A stretch of 64,000 nucleotides of DNA, taken from assembly GCA_050306215.1 (NCBI GenBank), contig JBNLGU010000002.1:1438-65437 (forward strand), in the 5' to 3' direction. Positions within the stretch are counted from its first letter, which is position 1. Every line of letters starts with the position of its first letter. This document shows, piece after piece, positions 29,916 through 39,438 of this stretch. The notes beneath the pieces are model-generated. The model was not told the origin of the DNA. It made no database searches and saw nothing but the letters and a program-made list of their open reading frames with translations. The position numbers and the translations under genes are program-made. Origin of the DNA: Pontiella sp. (lineage in GTDB: Bacteria > Verrucomicrobiota > Kiritimatiellia > Kiritimatiellales > Pontiellaceae).

Positions 29916-30020
29916 GCCATCCTCCTGCGGTTGGTGTTAACACCGCGTTGGACAGCGTAAAGCCGGTTTATGTTCGGTCTACAGGAATGCACCGCCATGC
30001 AGATCGGCGCAATGGGCTAC

Positions 30021-30224
30021 CTAAAAATCAACAAACCGAGGCAGCGCCATCAGTCCGCCGGCAATGATCAGGGTCAGCCATACCTGCGGAACGAAATAGG
30101 GGAATATGCAGAGGGCAATGCCCACAATCAGTGCCACGGAATGCATCTGGCGGCGCCCGTAAACGATGTATCCCATGCCAATGGCACCGAGCAATACACT
30201 GATCAATATACCTAGCGAATCCAT
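30021..30224 (-). CDS. Small membrane protein
   Basis: GAIGMGYIVYGRRQ...GIALCIFPYF; AGGAG RBS before ATG 30224. Confidence 0.75.
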   Translation of the reverse strand: MDSLGILISVLLGAIGMGYIVYGRRQMHSVALIVGIALCIFPYFVPQVWLTLIIAGGLMALPRFVDF

Positions 30225-30340
30225 ATCGGGTCTCCTATTTTTCCTCGTCGATACAGGCACTCCAATTAGGCCATCCCGCTCCCAATTTCGTTTGGTTTCC
30301 CGTGACGGGATGCGTACACTCTTTTCATTTTGGAGGTAGC

Positions 30341-31087
30341 ATGAATGAGGCCAAGCCTAAACCGGAAAACCCGCTGACGAGTCTGCTGGTCAACATTGTC
30401 ATCCCCGTCTGCATCCTCACCTTCCTGAGCAAGGAGAAGTATCTTGGGCCCGTTTTGGGACTGGTGGTGGCCGTGGCCTTCCCGATTACGCATGGGGTGA
30501 AAACCGTCATCCGCGAACGCAAGGCCGATGTGCTGGCCATCATCGGATTGGTCAGTGTTTTACTCACCGGCATTTTCGGAATCTTCAAGTTGCCGCCGGA
30601 ATGGGTGGCTCGCAAAGAGGCCGCCATCCCGCTCATCATCGGCCTTATCATTGTTGCATCGTTGAAGACCCCGTTCCCACTGATCAAGAAACTGTTGCTC
30701 ACCGAATCGCTGTTTGATGTGGAGCGCTTGAAGGGAGCGTTGCGCGAAAAGGGGAACGAGGAGCGCTTCGAAAAGCGGCTGGTCGGCCTGACCTGGGGCT
30801 TTTCTTCGGCGATGTTCCTTTCGTCGGTTCTCAGTTATATCCTCGCGAAGATCGTCTTGAAAAGCGACCCAAGCTCCGATGCGTATGCCGCAGAGCTGGG
30901 CAAAATGATGGGGTTGAGCAATACCGTGGTGCTTGTTCCGGTCATGGTGGTCATGCTCTTCGTGTTCAACTCGCTGTTCAACACGCTCACCAAACTGACC
31001 GGCCTGGAACTCGACGACGTCCTCGCCGCCCATCACCGCCAGAAAAAGGCGAATTCGAAAGAGGGCGGCGAAAAAAAAACGGATTAA
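30341..31087 (+). CDS. VC0807-like membrane protein
   Basis: LLVNIVIPVCIL, VSVLLTGIFG, KEAAIPLIIG; GGAGG RBS. Confidence 0.75.
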   Translation: MNEAKPKPENPLTSLLVNIVIPVCILTFLSKEKYLGPVLGLVVAVAFPITHGVKTVIRERKADVLAIIGLVSVLLTGIFGIFKLPPEWVARKEAAIPLIIGLIIVASLKTPFPLIKKLLLTESLFDVERLKGALREKGNEERFEKRLVGLTWGFSSAMFLSSVLSYILAKIVLKSDPSSDAYAAELGKMMGLSNTVVLVPVMVVMLFVFNSLFNTLTKLTGLELDDVLAAHHRQKKANSKEGGEKKTD

Positions 31088-31179
31088 AGTCTCATTTTCC
31101 TGAAAGGTTCACTGACGTTGTTCGAACGTCCATAAAGCCGTCAGCAGTATGCCGGTAAAGGGACTGAACGAGGAAACGG

Positions 31180-31632
31180 ATGTATACGTTACACAAGGAA
31201 ATTGAAGTTGAGGCGTCGCTGGAACAGGTCTGGGAATTTATCAGCCATCCTGAAAACCTGGACCGCATTACGCCGGACGACATGGCGTTCAGGATTGTCA
31301 GCGATGTGCCGGATGCCATGTACGACGGACTCATCGTGGAATATCGGGTGAAGATCCCGGTGGTGGGCTGGCGGACTTGGGTCAGTGAACTGAAGCACAT
31401 CGAGCCCGGCCGTAGCTTTGTCGACGAACAAAAGATAGGGCCCTACCGCTTTTGGTACCATGAGCACCGGATCGAACCGGCGGGCGACAAGGTGAAGATC
31501 ATCGACCATGTTTCCTACGAACCCCCCTTTGGTTTCATTGGCCGCCTGGTTCATCCCATCTTGGTTAGGCCGACCCTGGAACGCATTTTCCGCCACCGTG
31601 AACAGGCGTTCCATTCCCTGTTCAAGGCATAG
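31180..31632 (+). CDS. SRPBCC family protein
   Basis: VWEFISHPENLDRITP, FVDEQKIGPYRFWYHEH, IFRHR. Confidence 0.88.
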   Translation: MYTLHKEIEVEASLEQVWEFISHPENLDRITPDDMAFRIVSDVPDAMYDGLIVEYRVKIPVVGWRTWVSELKHIEPGRSFVDEQKIGPYRFWYHEHRIEPAGDKVKIIDHVSYEPPFGFIGRLVHPILVRPTLERIFRHREQAFHSLFKA

Positions 31633-31715
31633 AAAACCCCTTTTTCCGAAGAGTGGCGGTAAAAACATTGTCGCCCGAAGATCCTGCGTTAGACTTGCCC
31701 TGTTGAGGGGCGAAG

Positions 31716-33179
31716 ATGAACGACAAGATCTATTCGGCAAATCTGGCGCTGTTGACCGACTTATATCAGGTCACCATGGCCTATGGGTATTGGAAAGCTG
31801 GCCGGGTGGAGGATGAAGCCGTCTTTCACCTGTTCTTTCGCCGTGCACCGTTCAATGGCGGCTATGCCTTGGCTTGCGGGCTGGAAATTGCAATGGACTA
31901 CCTGCAGGACTTTCGGTTTACCGACGATGACATCAGCTATTTGGCTTCGCTGACCGGAAACAACGGCGGTGCACTCTTCGATCGCGGTTTTCTGGATTAC
32001 CTGCGCGGCATGGACCTGCGCTGCGATGTCGACGCGGTGCCGGAAGGTACGGTGGTCTTTCCTCATGAGCCGCTGTTGAGAGTGAAGGGTCCCCTTATCC
32101 TAGGCCAGCTGTTGGAAACACCGCTCCTGAATCTTGTTAATTATCAAACGCTGTGTGCGACCAAGGCCGCCCGTATCTGCGATGCCGCCAAGGGCGAACC
32201 GGTACTGGAATTTGGCCTGCGGCGGGCGCAGGGAATCGATGGAGCCTTGGCCGCCAGCCGGGCCGCATATATCGGGGGGTGTTCGGCGACCTCGAATATG
32301 CTGGCGGGAAAGCTGTTTGGCATTCCCGTCAAGGGGACGCACGCGCATAGCTGGGTCATGTCGTTCGACTCGGAACAAGAGGCATTTGCGCGGTATGCCG
32401 ACGCCATGCCCAACAATTGCGTTTTCCTGGTTGATACCTACGACACGATCGAAGGGGTTAGAAAAGCCGTCGCCATCGGAAAAGAGCTGCGCAAGAGCGG
32501 GCACGAGATGGTCGGGATACGGCTTGATTCCGGCGATCTTGCCCAACTGAGCCGGGACGCGCGCGAAATTCTGGATGAGGGAGGATTCCCGGAAGCGGGC
32601 ATTGTGGCCAGCAACGATCTGGATGAGCATGCCATTGCCGAGCTGAAACGGCAGGGAGCAAAGATCGGGATATGGGGCGTAGGCACCAAGCTGGTTACGG
32701 CATACGACCAGCCGGCGTTGGACGGGGTCTACAAATTGTCGGCGATCCGTCATGCGGGAAGACCGTGGGTAGACTGTCTAAAACTTTCGGAGGACCGGTC
32801 CAAGACGACCACGCCCGGCATGCAGCAGGTACGCCGCCATATCGATGGCAGCGGACGATTCCTCGGGGATGGCATCTACGATGTCCGCACGCCGCCTGGA
32901 AGAGATGCGGTCTTTGTCGGCATGGTTGATCCGGGGGATCAACGTCACTTTGGTGCTGCATGCGGATACGAAGCGTTGTTGGTTCCGGTGTTCGAACAGG
33001 GACGTTGCGTTTACCAACCGCCCCCCTTGGATGATGTCCGGGCCCGAAGCCGGGATCAACTGGCGCGCCTGCCCGACAGTGTGCGCGGACTGGAAATGGC
33101 AGCGCCGTACTTCGTTGGACTCGAGGAGCATCTGGCCCGGCTGAGACAGCGGTTGATACAAGAGAAGAAGAGGTCCTGA
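31716..33179 (+). CDS. pncB: Nicotinate phosphoribosyltransferase
   Basis: [48 protein letters not shown]. Confidence 0.96.
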   Translation: MNDKIYSANLALLTDLYQVTMAYGYWKAGRVEDEAVFHLFFRRAPFNGGYALACGLEIAMDYLQDFRFTDDDISYLASLTGNNGGALFDRGFLDYLRGMDLRCDVDAVPEGTVVFPHEPLLRVKGPLILGQLLETPLLNLVNYQTLCATKAARICDAAKGEPVLEFGLRRAQGIDGALAASRAAYIGGCSATSNMLAGKLFGIPVKGTHAHSWVMSFDSEQEAFARYADAMPNNCVFLVDTYDTIEGVRKAVAIGKELRKSGHEMVGIRLDSGDLAQLSRDAREILDEGGFPEAGIVASNDLDEHAIAELKRQGAKIGIWGVGTKLVTAYDQPALDGVYKLSAIRHAGRPWVDCLKLSEDRSKTTTPGMQQVRRHIDGSGRFLGDGIYDVRTPPGRDAVFVGMVDPGDQRHFGAACGYEALLVPVFEQGRCVYQPPPLDDVRARSRDQLARLPDSVRGLEMAAPYFVGLEEHLARLRQRLIQEKKRS

Positions 33180-33180
33180 A

Positions 33181-33795
33181 ATGAAGGCGTTGATTGTCGT
33201 GGATGTCCAAAACGATTTTGCCCCCGGCGGTGCGCTTGGGGTCGCGGGTGGCGATGAAATCCTGCCGATCATCAATCAAATCATGGGTCGATACGATCTG
33301 GTCGTGGCCACGCAGGATTGGCATCCGCCTGGGCACGGTAGTTTTGCAACGGATGCAGGTGACATAGGCAAGATCGTCGACCTTAACGGATTGGAGCAGA
33401 TCCTGTGGCCGGTGCATTGTGTTCAGGGAACCTTCGGCGCGGCTTTCGTCGATGGCTTGAACGTAGAGGCGTTCGATGCGGTGTTCCAGAAGGGGGCCGA
33501 TCCGGCGATCGACAGCTATAGCGGTGTTTTTGACAACGGCCGGCGCAAAGCTACCGGGCTGGATCAATACCTGCGCGACAAACAGGTGGACGAGGTGGAC
33601 GTGGCTGGCTTGGCCACCGACTACTGCGTCAAGTATACCGCGCTAGATCTGGTGGATCTGGGATTCAACACCAGCGTAGTCATCGATGCGTGCCGGGGAG
33701 TGGATCTTAATGATGGCGATGTCAACCGGGCGGTCGCGGAGATGCAGGAACAAGGAGTACGCATTTTGACCAGCGACCATCTGTTGAGACCGTGA
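33181..33795 (+). CDS. pncA: Nicotinamidase/pyrazinamidase
   Basis: VDVQNDF, TQDWHP, WPVHCVQGT, GLATDYCV. Confidence 0.96.
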   Translation: MKALIVVDVQNDFAPGGALGVAGGDEILPIINQIMGRYDLVVATQDWHPPGHGSFATDAGDIGKIVDLNGLEQILWPVHCVQGTFGAAFVDGLNVEAFDAVFQKGADPAIDSYSGVFDNGRRKATGLDQYLRDKQVDEVDVAGLATDYCVKYTALDLVDLGFNTSVVIDACRGVDLNDGDVNRAVAEMQEQGVRILTSDHLLRP

Positions 33796-33824
33796 TCCCG
33801 CTTATGTGGCTGCGGCAGGCCGTT

Positions 33825-34259
33825 TTACGGTTTTTTCCTGAACAGTGCGTCGAGCGAGAAACAGCCCGCGCCAGTGAAAAACAGCAAACCGAATGCGGAA
33901 AGGTAGATCAGGGCCGGCTCCTTGGCCGCGCCGCCCGACATGAAGAATGAATCGCTTCCATGGATAATGACAGCCGCCACGCCCATGGTGAAGACCAATG
34001 GCAACACTGCGACGCGGGTGGCCAGCCCCAGCATTACGAGGGCCGCACAGACGACTTCGCAAAAAACCGCGCTACCCATGCTCAGTTTGTTTCCGATGCC
34101 CAGCGGGTCGGGAAACTTGGCCGATATTTCCCCGAACGACATCAGTTTGCCCCAGCCGTGGCCGAAGAGCATGAAGCCGCCGAACGTCAGGCGAAAGAGT
34201 AACAGTCCGACGGAAGGAATGAAGGCCGTGACAGGGGTTCCGAAAATCCATTTTTTCAT
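33825..34259 (-). CDS. DoxX family membrane protein
   Basis: LLFRL...HGWGKL...E...LGLATR...GAGCFSLD. Confidence 0.88.
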   Translation of the reverse strand: MKKWIFGTPVTAFIPSVGLLLFRLTFGGFMLFGHGWGKLMSFGEISAKFPDPLGIGNKLSMGSAVFCEVVCAALVMLGLATRVAVLPLVFTMGVAAVIIHGSDSFFMSGGAAKEPALIYLSAFGLLFFTGAGCFSLDALFRKKP

Positions 34260-34278
34260 GTTCTAGTTCCTTTCCTGG

Positions 34279-35124
34279 TTATCCAATTTCAAATGAACAT
34301 ACGCCGAAGATGCGGTTCAACGGCAGATCGGGTGCCTCGCCCGAATACATGCGGGCGGTCTCGAATACGGTCGTCATACCATAGCGCTGCGCAAGTGCGA
34401 CAGCGGCTTCGTTCGGTTCGGGGACATCGAGATAGACAGGGTCGCCCGGTTTAACGGTCGATCGGAGGGCCTGGAACAGCGTATCCGCCCATTCGGCGCG
34501 GTCAGCGTACAGCGGTCCGATCTTGTGGCCGGTACGGCAGGCACGGATCACACCGTAGCCCGCTAGTTTGCCGGCATCGATGATGCCGAGAGCCGTGGCG
34601 TCCGGCTGGTTGATCCATGTCTTAAGGAACGCATCCCGCTGTTCGGGAAAGAAAGGGTGCTCATAGGCCGCTAGGATTTCAAAGGGGATGGCCATCAAGT
34701 GTACGATTCCAGAATGGTCGGGTGCGAGGCCGCCGCCTCGGCCTTCGTAGCGGACATTGCGATAGGCCGGGTTGAAGCCGGATTTCTTGTAGTTTTCCTG
34801 CTGCTCGACCACGCCGTCCAAGCCGATAGTCCGGCCGGCCAGCTGCTTCATGGCCGCTTGGGCGATTTGCAGGCCATATCCTGCTCCGCGATACGCGGGC
34901 TTGACGATGTAGAATCCGGCAAACCCGAATGTCTCGCCATAGCGCGTCGAAGAAACCATGGCAATGGGTTCGCCATCGAGCAGTCCAACGAGGAATCCGC
35001 CCGGATCGGCCGCGTAATAGCACTCGGCATCGTGCAGGCCGGGGTTCCACCCCTCTTTCGCCGCCCATTCGATCGCCAGATCAACCTCGTCCCGTGTTGC
35101 GGTTCGGATGGTGTAGTTTTCCAT
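34279..35124 (-). CDS. GNAT acetyltransferase (YitH-like two-domain)
   Basis: EGWNPG, YIVKPAYRGAGYG, LDGVVEQQENY, KIGPLYA, FETARMY. Confidence 0.88.
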   Translation of the reverse strand: MENYTIRTATRDEVDLAIEWAAKEGWNPGLHDAECYYAADPGGFLVGLLDGEPIAMVSSTRYGETFGFAGFYIVKPAYRGAGYGLQIAQAAMKQLAGRTIGLDGVVEQQENYKKSGFNPAYRNVRYEGRGGGLAPDHSGIVHLMAIPFEILAAYEHPFFPEQRDAFLKTWINQPDATALGIIDAGKLAGYGVIRACRTGHKIGPLYADRAEWADTLFQALRSTVKPGDPVYLDVPEPNEAAVALAQRYGMTTVFETARMYSGEAPDLPLNRIFGVCSFEIG

Positions 35125-35192
35125 GGCGCGCCTCCCTCGTCGGAGGAGGACTATGGAGTTGCGGTGGGCAGGAGGGCAACCTGCATTACGGA

Positions 35193-36338
35193 TTAATTGG
35201 CCCAGCTGTCGTACAGATACGCATCGGCGAGGGCTTGGGCGCCGCCGAGCAGAAGCTGGATCTTGTGCTGAGGATCGGTAATGCGCCTCAACTGCCCGTT
35301 GAACTCGTTGAACATCTCGAGGCTGGCCAGGAAATCGCCTTCGCAGTTGTAGAGATAGTCCAACTGTCTGGCTTCGGCCTCATAACGGGCAATCCTGGAC
35401 TCAATGTTCCTGACTACGGATTTCGCAATCGATGGATTGCCGGAATAGCGGAGCCGTTTGGCCAGCACGCTGCCCAGGTATATGCCGTCGATTTTGTTGC
35501 CGAGCTCCGCATAGATATCCGTTGCCTCCTCGAATCTGCCCGCAAAGACCAGGGCCCGGCCATACAGCATGAGCGTGTATGCATCCACCGACGGGGCGTC
35601 AGGGGTATTCGCCAGGGCGTCGGTCGCCTCATCGATATAGAATGCCGTCTCGTCTTCTTCCCCGGCCATGCCCATGGTGGCCGCCATGTAGGCGCAGGTC
35701 AGCAGACGCGCCAGCGGCGCTTTAGGCATCAGGCACGTTTGCCGTGCCTTTTCGGAATGGCCGGTCTGCTGGTAACCGAGAGCAAGGTAGAAAAGGATAT
35801 GGGGACTGGGATTGTCCTGAAGTTCCGTAGCCGCCGCATTCAGGCTTGTTGGCAAATTGCCGCGCTGCAGGAGCGCATCGTAGTACACGACATAGCTGCG
35901 GATTAAGTCCTTCTCCGCCGGGGCATGCACGGCATCAATGGCGCCTTCGAGTTTTTCATATTCGCCCAGCGCCGCCAGCACGGCGATGTATTCAAGAAAG
36001 TCATCATGGCTTGCCGGATCGTTGGGTCGCGGTGGCATTGGTGGAAGAAACCGCCGGCCGGTTTGCGGTTCGTCGAGCAACGCGTAGGTTTCGGCAATCG
36101 CCAGGCCGGCCTTCCGCTTTGCCTCGGGATCCGTGATCTGCGCGAGTTGTTCTTCGGCCTTTTTGACGTAGACCAGGGCGAGCGATTTGCGGGCATGGGC
36201 CGTCGCGCTCTTTGGCTTGGCTTCAATGGGCTGGGCGACTTCGATTCCGCGCCTGGCGGAGTGGCACGCGGCAAGCAGCAGGCATCCGCCGATGGCCAGC
36301 GGAATGAAAGCGTAAAGCGCGTGGCGGCTCGGTTTCAT
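35193..36338 (-). CDS. Putative alpha-helical (TPR-like) lipoprotein
   Basis: Lipobox LAA-C, Ala/Leu/Tyr helical repeats; start uncertain (36338 or 36356). Confidence 0.65.
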   Translation of the reverse strand: MKPSRHALYAFIPLAIGGCLLLAACHSARRGIEVAQPIEAKPKSATAHARKSLALVYVKKAEEQLAQITDPEAKRKAGLAIAETYALLDEPQTGRRFLPPMPPRPNDPASHDDFLEYIAVLAALGEYEKLEGAIDAVHAPAEKDLIRSYVVYYDALLQRGNLPTSLNAAATELQDNPSPHILFYLALGYQQTGHSEKARQTCLMPKAPLARLLTCAYMAATMGMAGEEDETAFYIDEATDALANTPDAPSVDAYTLMLYGRALVFAGRFEEATDIYAELGNKIDGIYLGSVLAKRLRYSGNPSIAKSVVRNIESRIARYEAEARQLDYLYNCEGDFLASLEMFNEFNGQLRRITDPQHKIQLLLGGAQALADAYLYDSWAN

Positions 36339-36360
36339 GTAGGTCCCTGGATTCATGTAG

Positions 36361-36681
36361 TCAAAGTTTGTTGCCGAACTCATCGCAGTCGTTGCCGCAT
36401 TCAAAACAGCGCCAGTTGCTGTCGGCAGCCGACGTCTTCTCTTCCGGGCGCAACTTGCGCAGCGAACGGTGGTGGCACTTCGGGCAGCGCTGTACGAATC
36501 CCTCGTCGGCCTCGATGTCGTTTTGGATCAGTTCGAAGATGGCTCCGGCCGCATATGCTCTACTGCGGGTGCGGGGATGAATCAGGGATAGCATCTCCTC
36601 GGCCATCGTTTCCTGATGCGGATGATCCTCGATGGATCGGCTCCAGTCCAGCGGCTCCCTATGCTTGCGTTTCCTTTTCAT
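36361..36681 (-). CDS. Small Zn-ribbon hypothetical protein
   Basis: CPKC...CFECG pairs, basic N-terminus. Confidence 0.6.
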   Translation of the reverse strand: MKRKRKHREPLDWSRSIEDHPHQETMAEEMLSLIHPRTRSRAYAAGAIFELIQNDIEADEGFVQRCPKCHHRSLRKLRPEEKTSAADSNWRCFECGNDCDEFGNKL

Positions 36682-36766
36682 TGGAAATCGATTTTAGGTT
36701 ACGGGATCAAAATAAAAAGCATAAAGGGTGGCTTCACGCCGTGCTGGCCATAGAATGTCTCCAAAT

Positions 36767-36782
36767 CGGAACGGCACTTGCT
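36767..36782 (+). promoter_or_regulatory. Sigma54 promoter candidate
   Basis: CGGAACGGCACTTGCT (GG-N10-GC) about 30 nt before the hydrolase start. Confidence 0.45.
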
Positions 36783-36813
36783 TCCAGTCCGATAGGAGTT
36801 GGCGAGGATGATT

Positions 36814-37395
36814 ATGAATACCCGAAGAGAAATGGCGCTGGCCTTGTTGGGCCTTCCGCTGGCCGCGAAAGTCGGTGCGCAGGAGGTGCAACCCGGGGGC
36901 GCGACGAACCAGTCGACGACGGTGGAATCCGAATCACCCATCAACGCGGTAGCAAAGCCGGCGACCGAATCCCCGGCGCGGAAACCACCCCCTCCGTACA
37001 GCGTAGCCGCCGTAAATATCATAAGCTATACGCTCTATGCCGAAGCCCGCGGAGAGTCGATCGACGGGAAAATTGCAGTCGCCTCCGTGATCAAGACGCG
37101 GTCCAAGCTCAAAAAACTATCACTTGTCGAGGTCTGTCTCCAGAACAGGCAGTTTTCCTGCTGGAACGACCTGGTGGATGTGCCGGAATATTATATTACG
37201 GGGAAGGGGATTCAGCCCGACGACCTCTTGGCCCGCGGTGAATGCTACGGCCTTGCCTGGGTGCTCATGGCCGGCAGGCAGAAGTGGGAACACCTGACCC
37301 ACTTCTACAATCCCGATAAGGCCACGCCAGACTGGGCCTACGACCTTCGGGGTGTCCGCACCATCGGCAAGCACGTCTTTGGCTATATCGACTAG
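36814..37395 (+). CDS. SleB/Hydrolase_2-family cell wall hydrolase with Tat-like signal
   Basis: TLYAEARGE, AVASVI, QFSCWN, THFYNP, IGKHVF; N-terminus TRREMALALLG. Confidence 0.85.
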   Translation: MNTRREMALALLGLPLAAKVGAQEVQPGGATNQSTTVESESPINAVAKPATESPARKPPPPYSVAAVNIISYTLYAEARGESIDGKIAVASVIKTRSKLKKLSLVEVCLQNRQFSCWNDLVDVPEYYITGKGIQPDDLLARGECYGLAWVLMAGRQKWEHLTHFYNPDKATPDWAYDLRGVRTIGKHVFGYID

Positions 37396-37494
37396 TGCAG
37401 CTCCTAGTCGCCTGGACTTGATCTTGCGAAACGGTCTCGAAAAGCGCCGGCAGTTTTGTTGTGCCGATTGAACAAATGACCTTCTTTATCGGGC

Positions 37495-37902
37495 TCAATC
37501 CCGCGGAGGCATGGTTTCGAAGCAGGGAATGTCTCCGGGGAGCCAGTTCTTGTGATCGCGCCAGTAGACATTGATGTTGGGTGAAAATTCGAACTCGCTA
37601 TCGATGGTGCCGGCACGAAGGTAGAGCACGCCCGGCGTCACTTCGCCTCTGGCGAACAGCAACGTACCGCAGTTTGTGCAGAAGTGGCGGTGGATGGGCT
37701 GGCCGCTGTCGCCGACATCAGAATAGGAGCCGAGCGTTTCGCCGGCAACGTTCAGGGGTTCGGGAATCCCGATGATGGCCGAGAACATGGAGCCACTGGT
37801 TTTCTTGCACGACTTGCAGTGGCAGTTGGCCATGAAGGCCGGTTCGGCGGACGTACTGTATTTAATGTTTCCGCAGAGGCAGGAGCCGGTGATTTCTGGC
37901 AT
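37495..37902 (-). CDS. GFA/CENP-V family protein
   Basis: GSCLCG, CHCKSC, FCTNCGT. Confidence 0.9.
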   Translation of the reverse strand: MPEITGSCLCGNIKYSTSAEPAFMANCHCKSCKKTSGSMFSAIIGIPEPLNVAGETLGSYSDVGDSGQPIHRHFCTNCGTLLFARGEVTPGVLYLRAGTIDSEFEFSPNINVYWRDHKNWLPGDIPCFETMPPRD

Positions 37903-37926
37903 AAGTAGGTGTCCTTTCATTTCGTT

Positions 37927-38310
37927 CTATACGCTGATTTTATAATCGAGTTTGGCTTCGTCGCCCGTAATGCCTCGGAATCCCCAGCAATGCGCCGGCT
38001 GTTCCTTGATCGTGATTTCCAGATCGATCGGAGCGATGCCCACGTGTTTCTCGATTTGCTCGAACAGCGTTTTAATCAGGGCCTTCTTCGTTTCCTTTTC
38101 ACGACCTTCCATCATATTGATTTCTATGACCGTGTAGGCGTCACTGCGGCCGCCCGGATAGTAGAAATCCTCCGGATCCATCGGGAAAAACCGGTGCGCG
38201 CGCTTGTCTTCCGGCATGCCGAGAACCGACTGCATGCAACCGTGGATAACATCGGATAACCGGCCCTTGATCGGGTTCAGGGTTTCCTTGATTCCGTAAA
38301 CTACAATCAT
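37927..38310 (-). CDS. Tautomerase-superfamily protein
   Basis: IEINMMEGR...KKALIK...DLEITIKE...CWGFRG; start at ATG 38310 after GAGGA. Confidence 0.85.
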   Translation of the reverse strand: MIVVYGIKETLNPIKGRLSDVIHGCMQSVLGMPEDKRAHRFFPMDPEDFYYPGGRSDAYTVIEINMMEGREKETKKALIKTLFEQIEKHVGIAPIDLEITIKEQPAHCWGFRGITGDEAKLDYKISV

Positions 38311-38524
38311 CTTCATCCTCAGTTTGGTGGACGGCCCGGTTCGGACCTTATCCGTTCGCTCTGTGCTGTAAGGTATCAGGTTGGATGCTGGATTCCAGCC
38401 CGATCCTATGCGGAATCCATGAGCCAGGCTGTGCACGCTTGTTTCCCGTGTTTTGAGCAATTTCGGTCAGGACGGGGGTACGCCGGCGGGATAGGATGTC
38501 TGCCGAATTGAGAAGGAATCGGCC

Positions 38525-39388
38525 GTGAATGATCTGACGTTGAAAAACTACGCGAAGCGCTTCGAGCGCGTCTTCGCATATATCGAGCAGCATTTGGACG
38601 AGGGATTGAGCGTCGAGGAATTGAGCCGGGTGGCCCATTTTTCGAAGTTCCACTTCCATCGTCAGTTTTCCCAGTATGTCGGTCTCGGTGTGGCGGCCTA
38701 CGTACGGTTGTTACGTCTGCGAAGAGCCTCCTACCGGCTGGCCTTCGGCCGCGACCGGGTCATCGACATTGCGCTGGAGTCGGGTTTCGAGAGCCCGGAA
38801 GCGTTTGCCCGCGCCTTTCGTCAGGCCTTCGGCCAATCCCCGACCCAATTCAGAACATCACCCCACTGGCAATCGTGGACCGAGCGTGTGCGGTTGCCGT
38901 CTAGAGAAAGGAAAGAAGACATGAACGTACGTATTGTAGATTTTGCAGAAACCCCGCTGGCGGTGCTGGCACACCGCGGCGCTCCTGAGCTGGTGAACGA
39001 CACCGCGCTGAAGTTTATCGAGTGGCGCAGGGCAAGCGGCCTTTCGCCGGTCAAGACCTGCCGGACCTTCGGCATCGCCTATGATGATCCCGAGAACACG
39101 CCGGCGGAGGAATTCCGTTTCGACATCTGCGGCGAAGTATCCGGGCCCGTGCCGGCCAATCCGCAAGGCGTGGAAAACGGTCGGATCCCCGGCGGCCGCT
39201 GTGCCGTGGTGCGTCACCTCGGCGCCCACGAACGGCTCGGCGAAAGCATTTACCCGCTCTACCGCGAATGGTTGCCGCAAAGCGGGGAGGAGTTGCGGGA
39301 CTTCCCGCTATACTTCCACTACCTGAACCTGATGCCGGAGACGCCCGAGCATGAACTCATCACCGACATCTACCTGCCGCTGAAGTAA
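38525..39388 (+). CDS. AraC-family regulator with GyrI-like effector domain
   Basis: FSKFHFHRQF, SGFESPEAFARAF, YREWLPQSG, ITDIYLPL. Confidence 0.93.
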   Translation: MNDLTLKNYAKRFERVFAYIEQHLDEGLSVEELSRVAHFSKFHFHRQFSQYVGLGVAAYVRLLRLRRASYRLAFGRDRVIDIALESGFESPEAFARAFRQAFGQSPTQFRTSPHWQSWTERVRLPSRERKEDMNVRIVDFAETPLAVLAHRGAPELVNDTALKFIEWRRASGLSPVKTCRTFGIAYDDPENTPAEEFRFDICGEVSGPVPANPQGVENGRIPGGRCAVVRHLGAHERLGESIYPLYREWLPQSGEELRDFPLYFHYLNLMPETPEHELITDIYLPLK

Positions 39389-39438
39389 ACAGTCGGTAGG
39401 TGGCGATGATCTGAATTGCTTTTCCAGCCATCTATCCA

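Noticed and set aside
28707-31830. 11-12 bp matches to the tRNA-His 3' end (28707-28717, 31819-31830) as attR sites of an island
   Set aside because: Both lie inside conserved coding motifs (GPVF; AVFH of PncB), and no integrase is present
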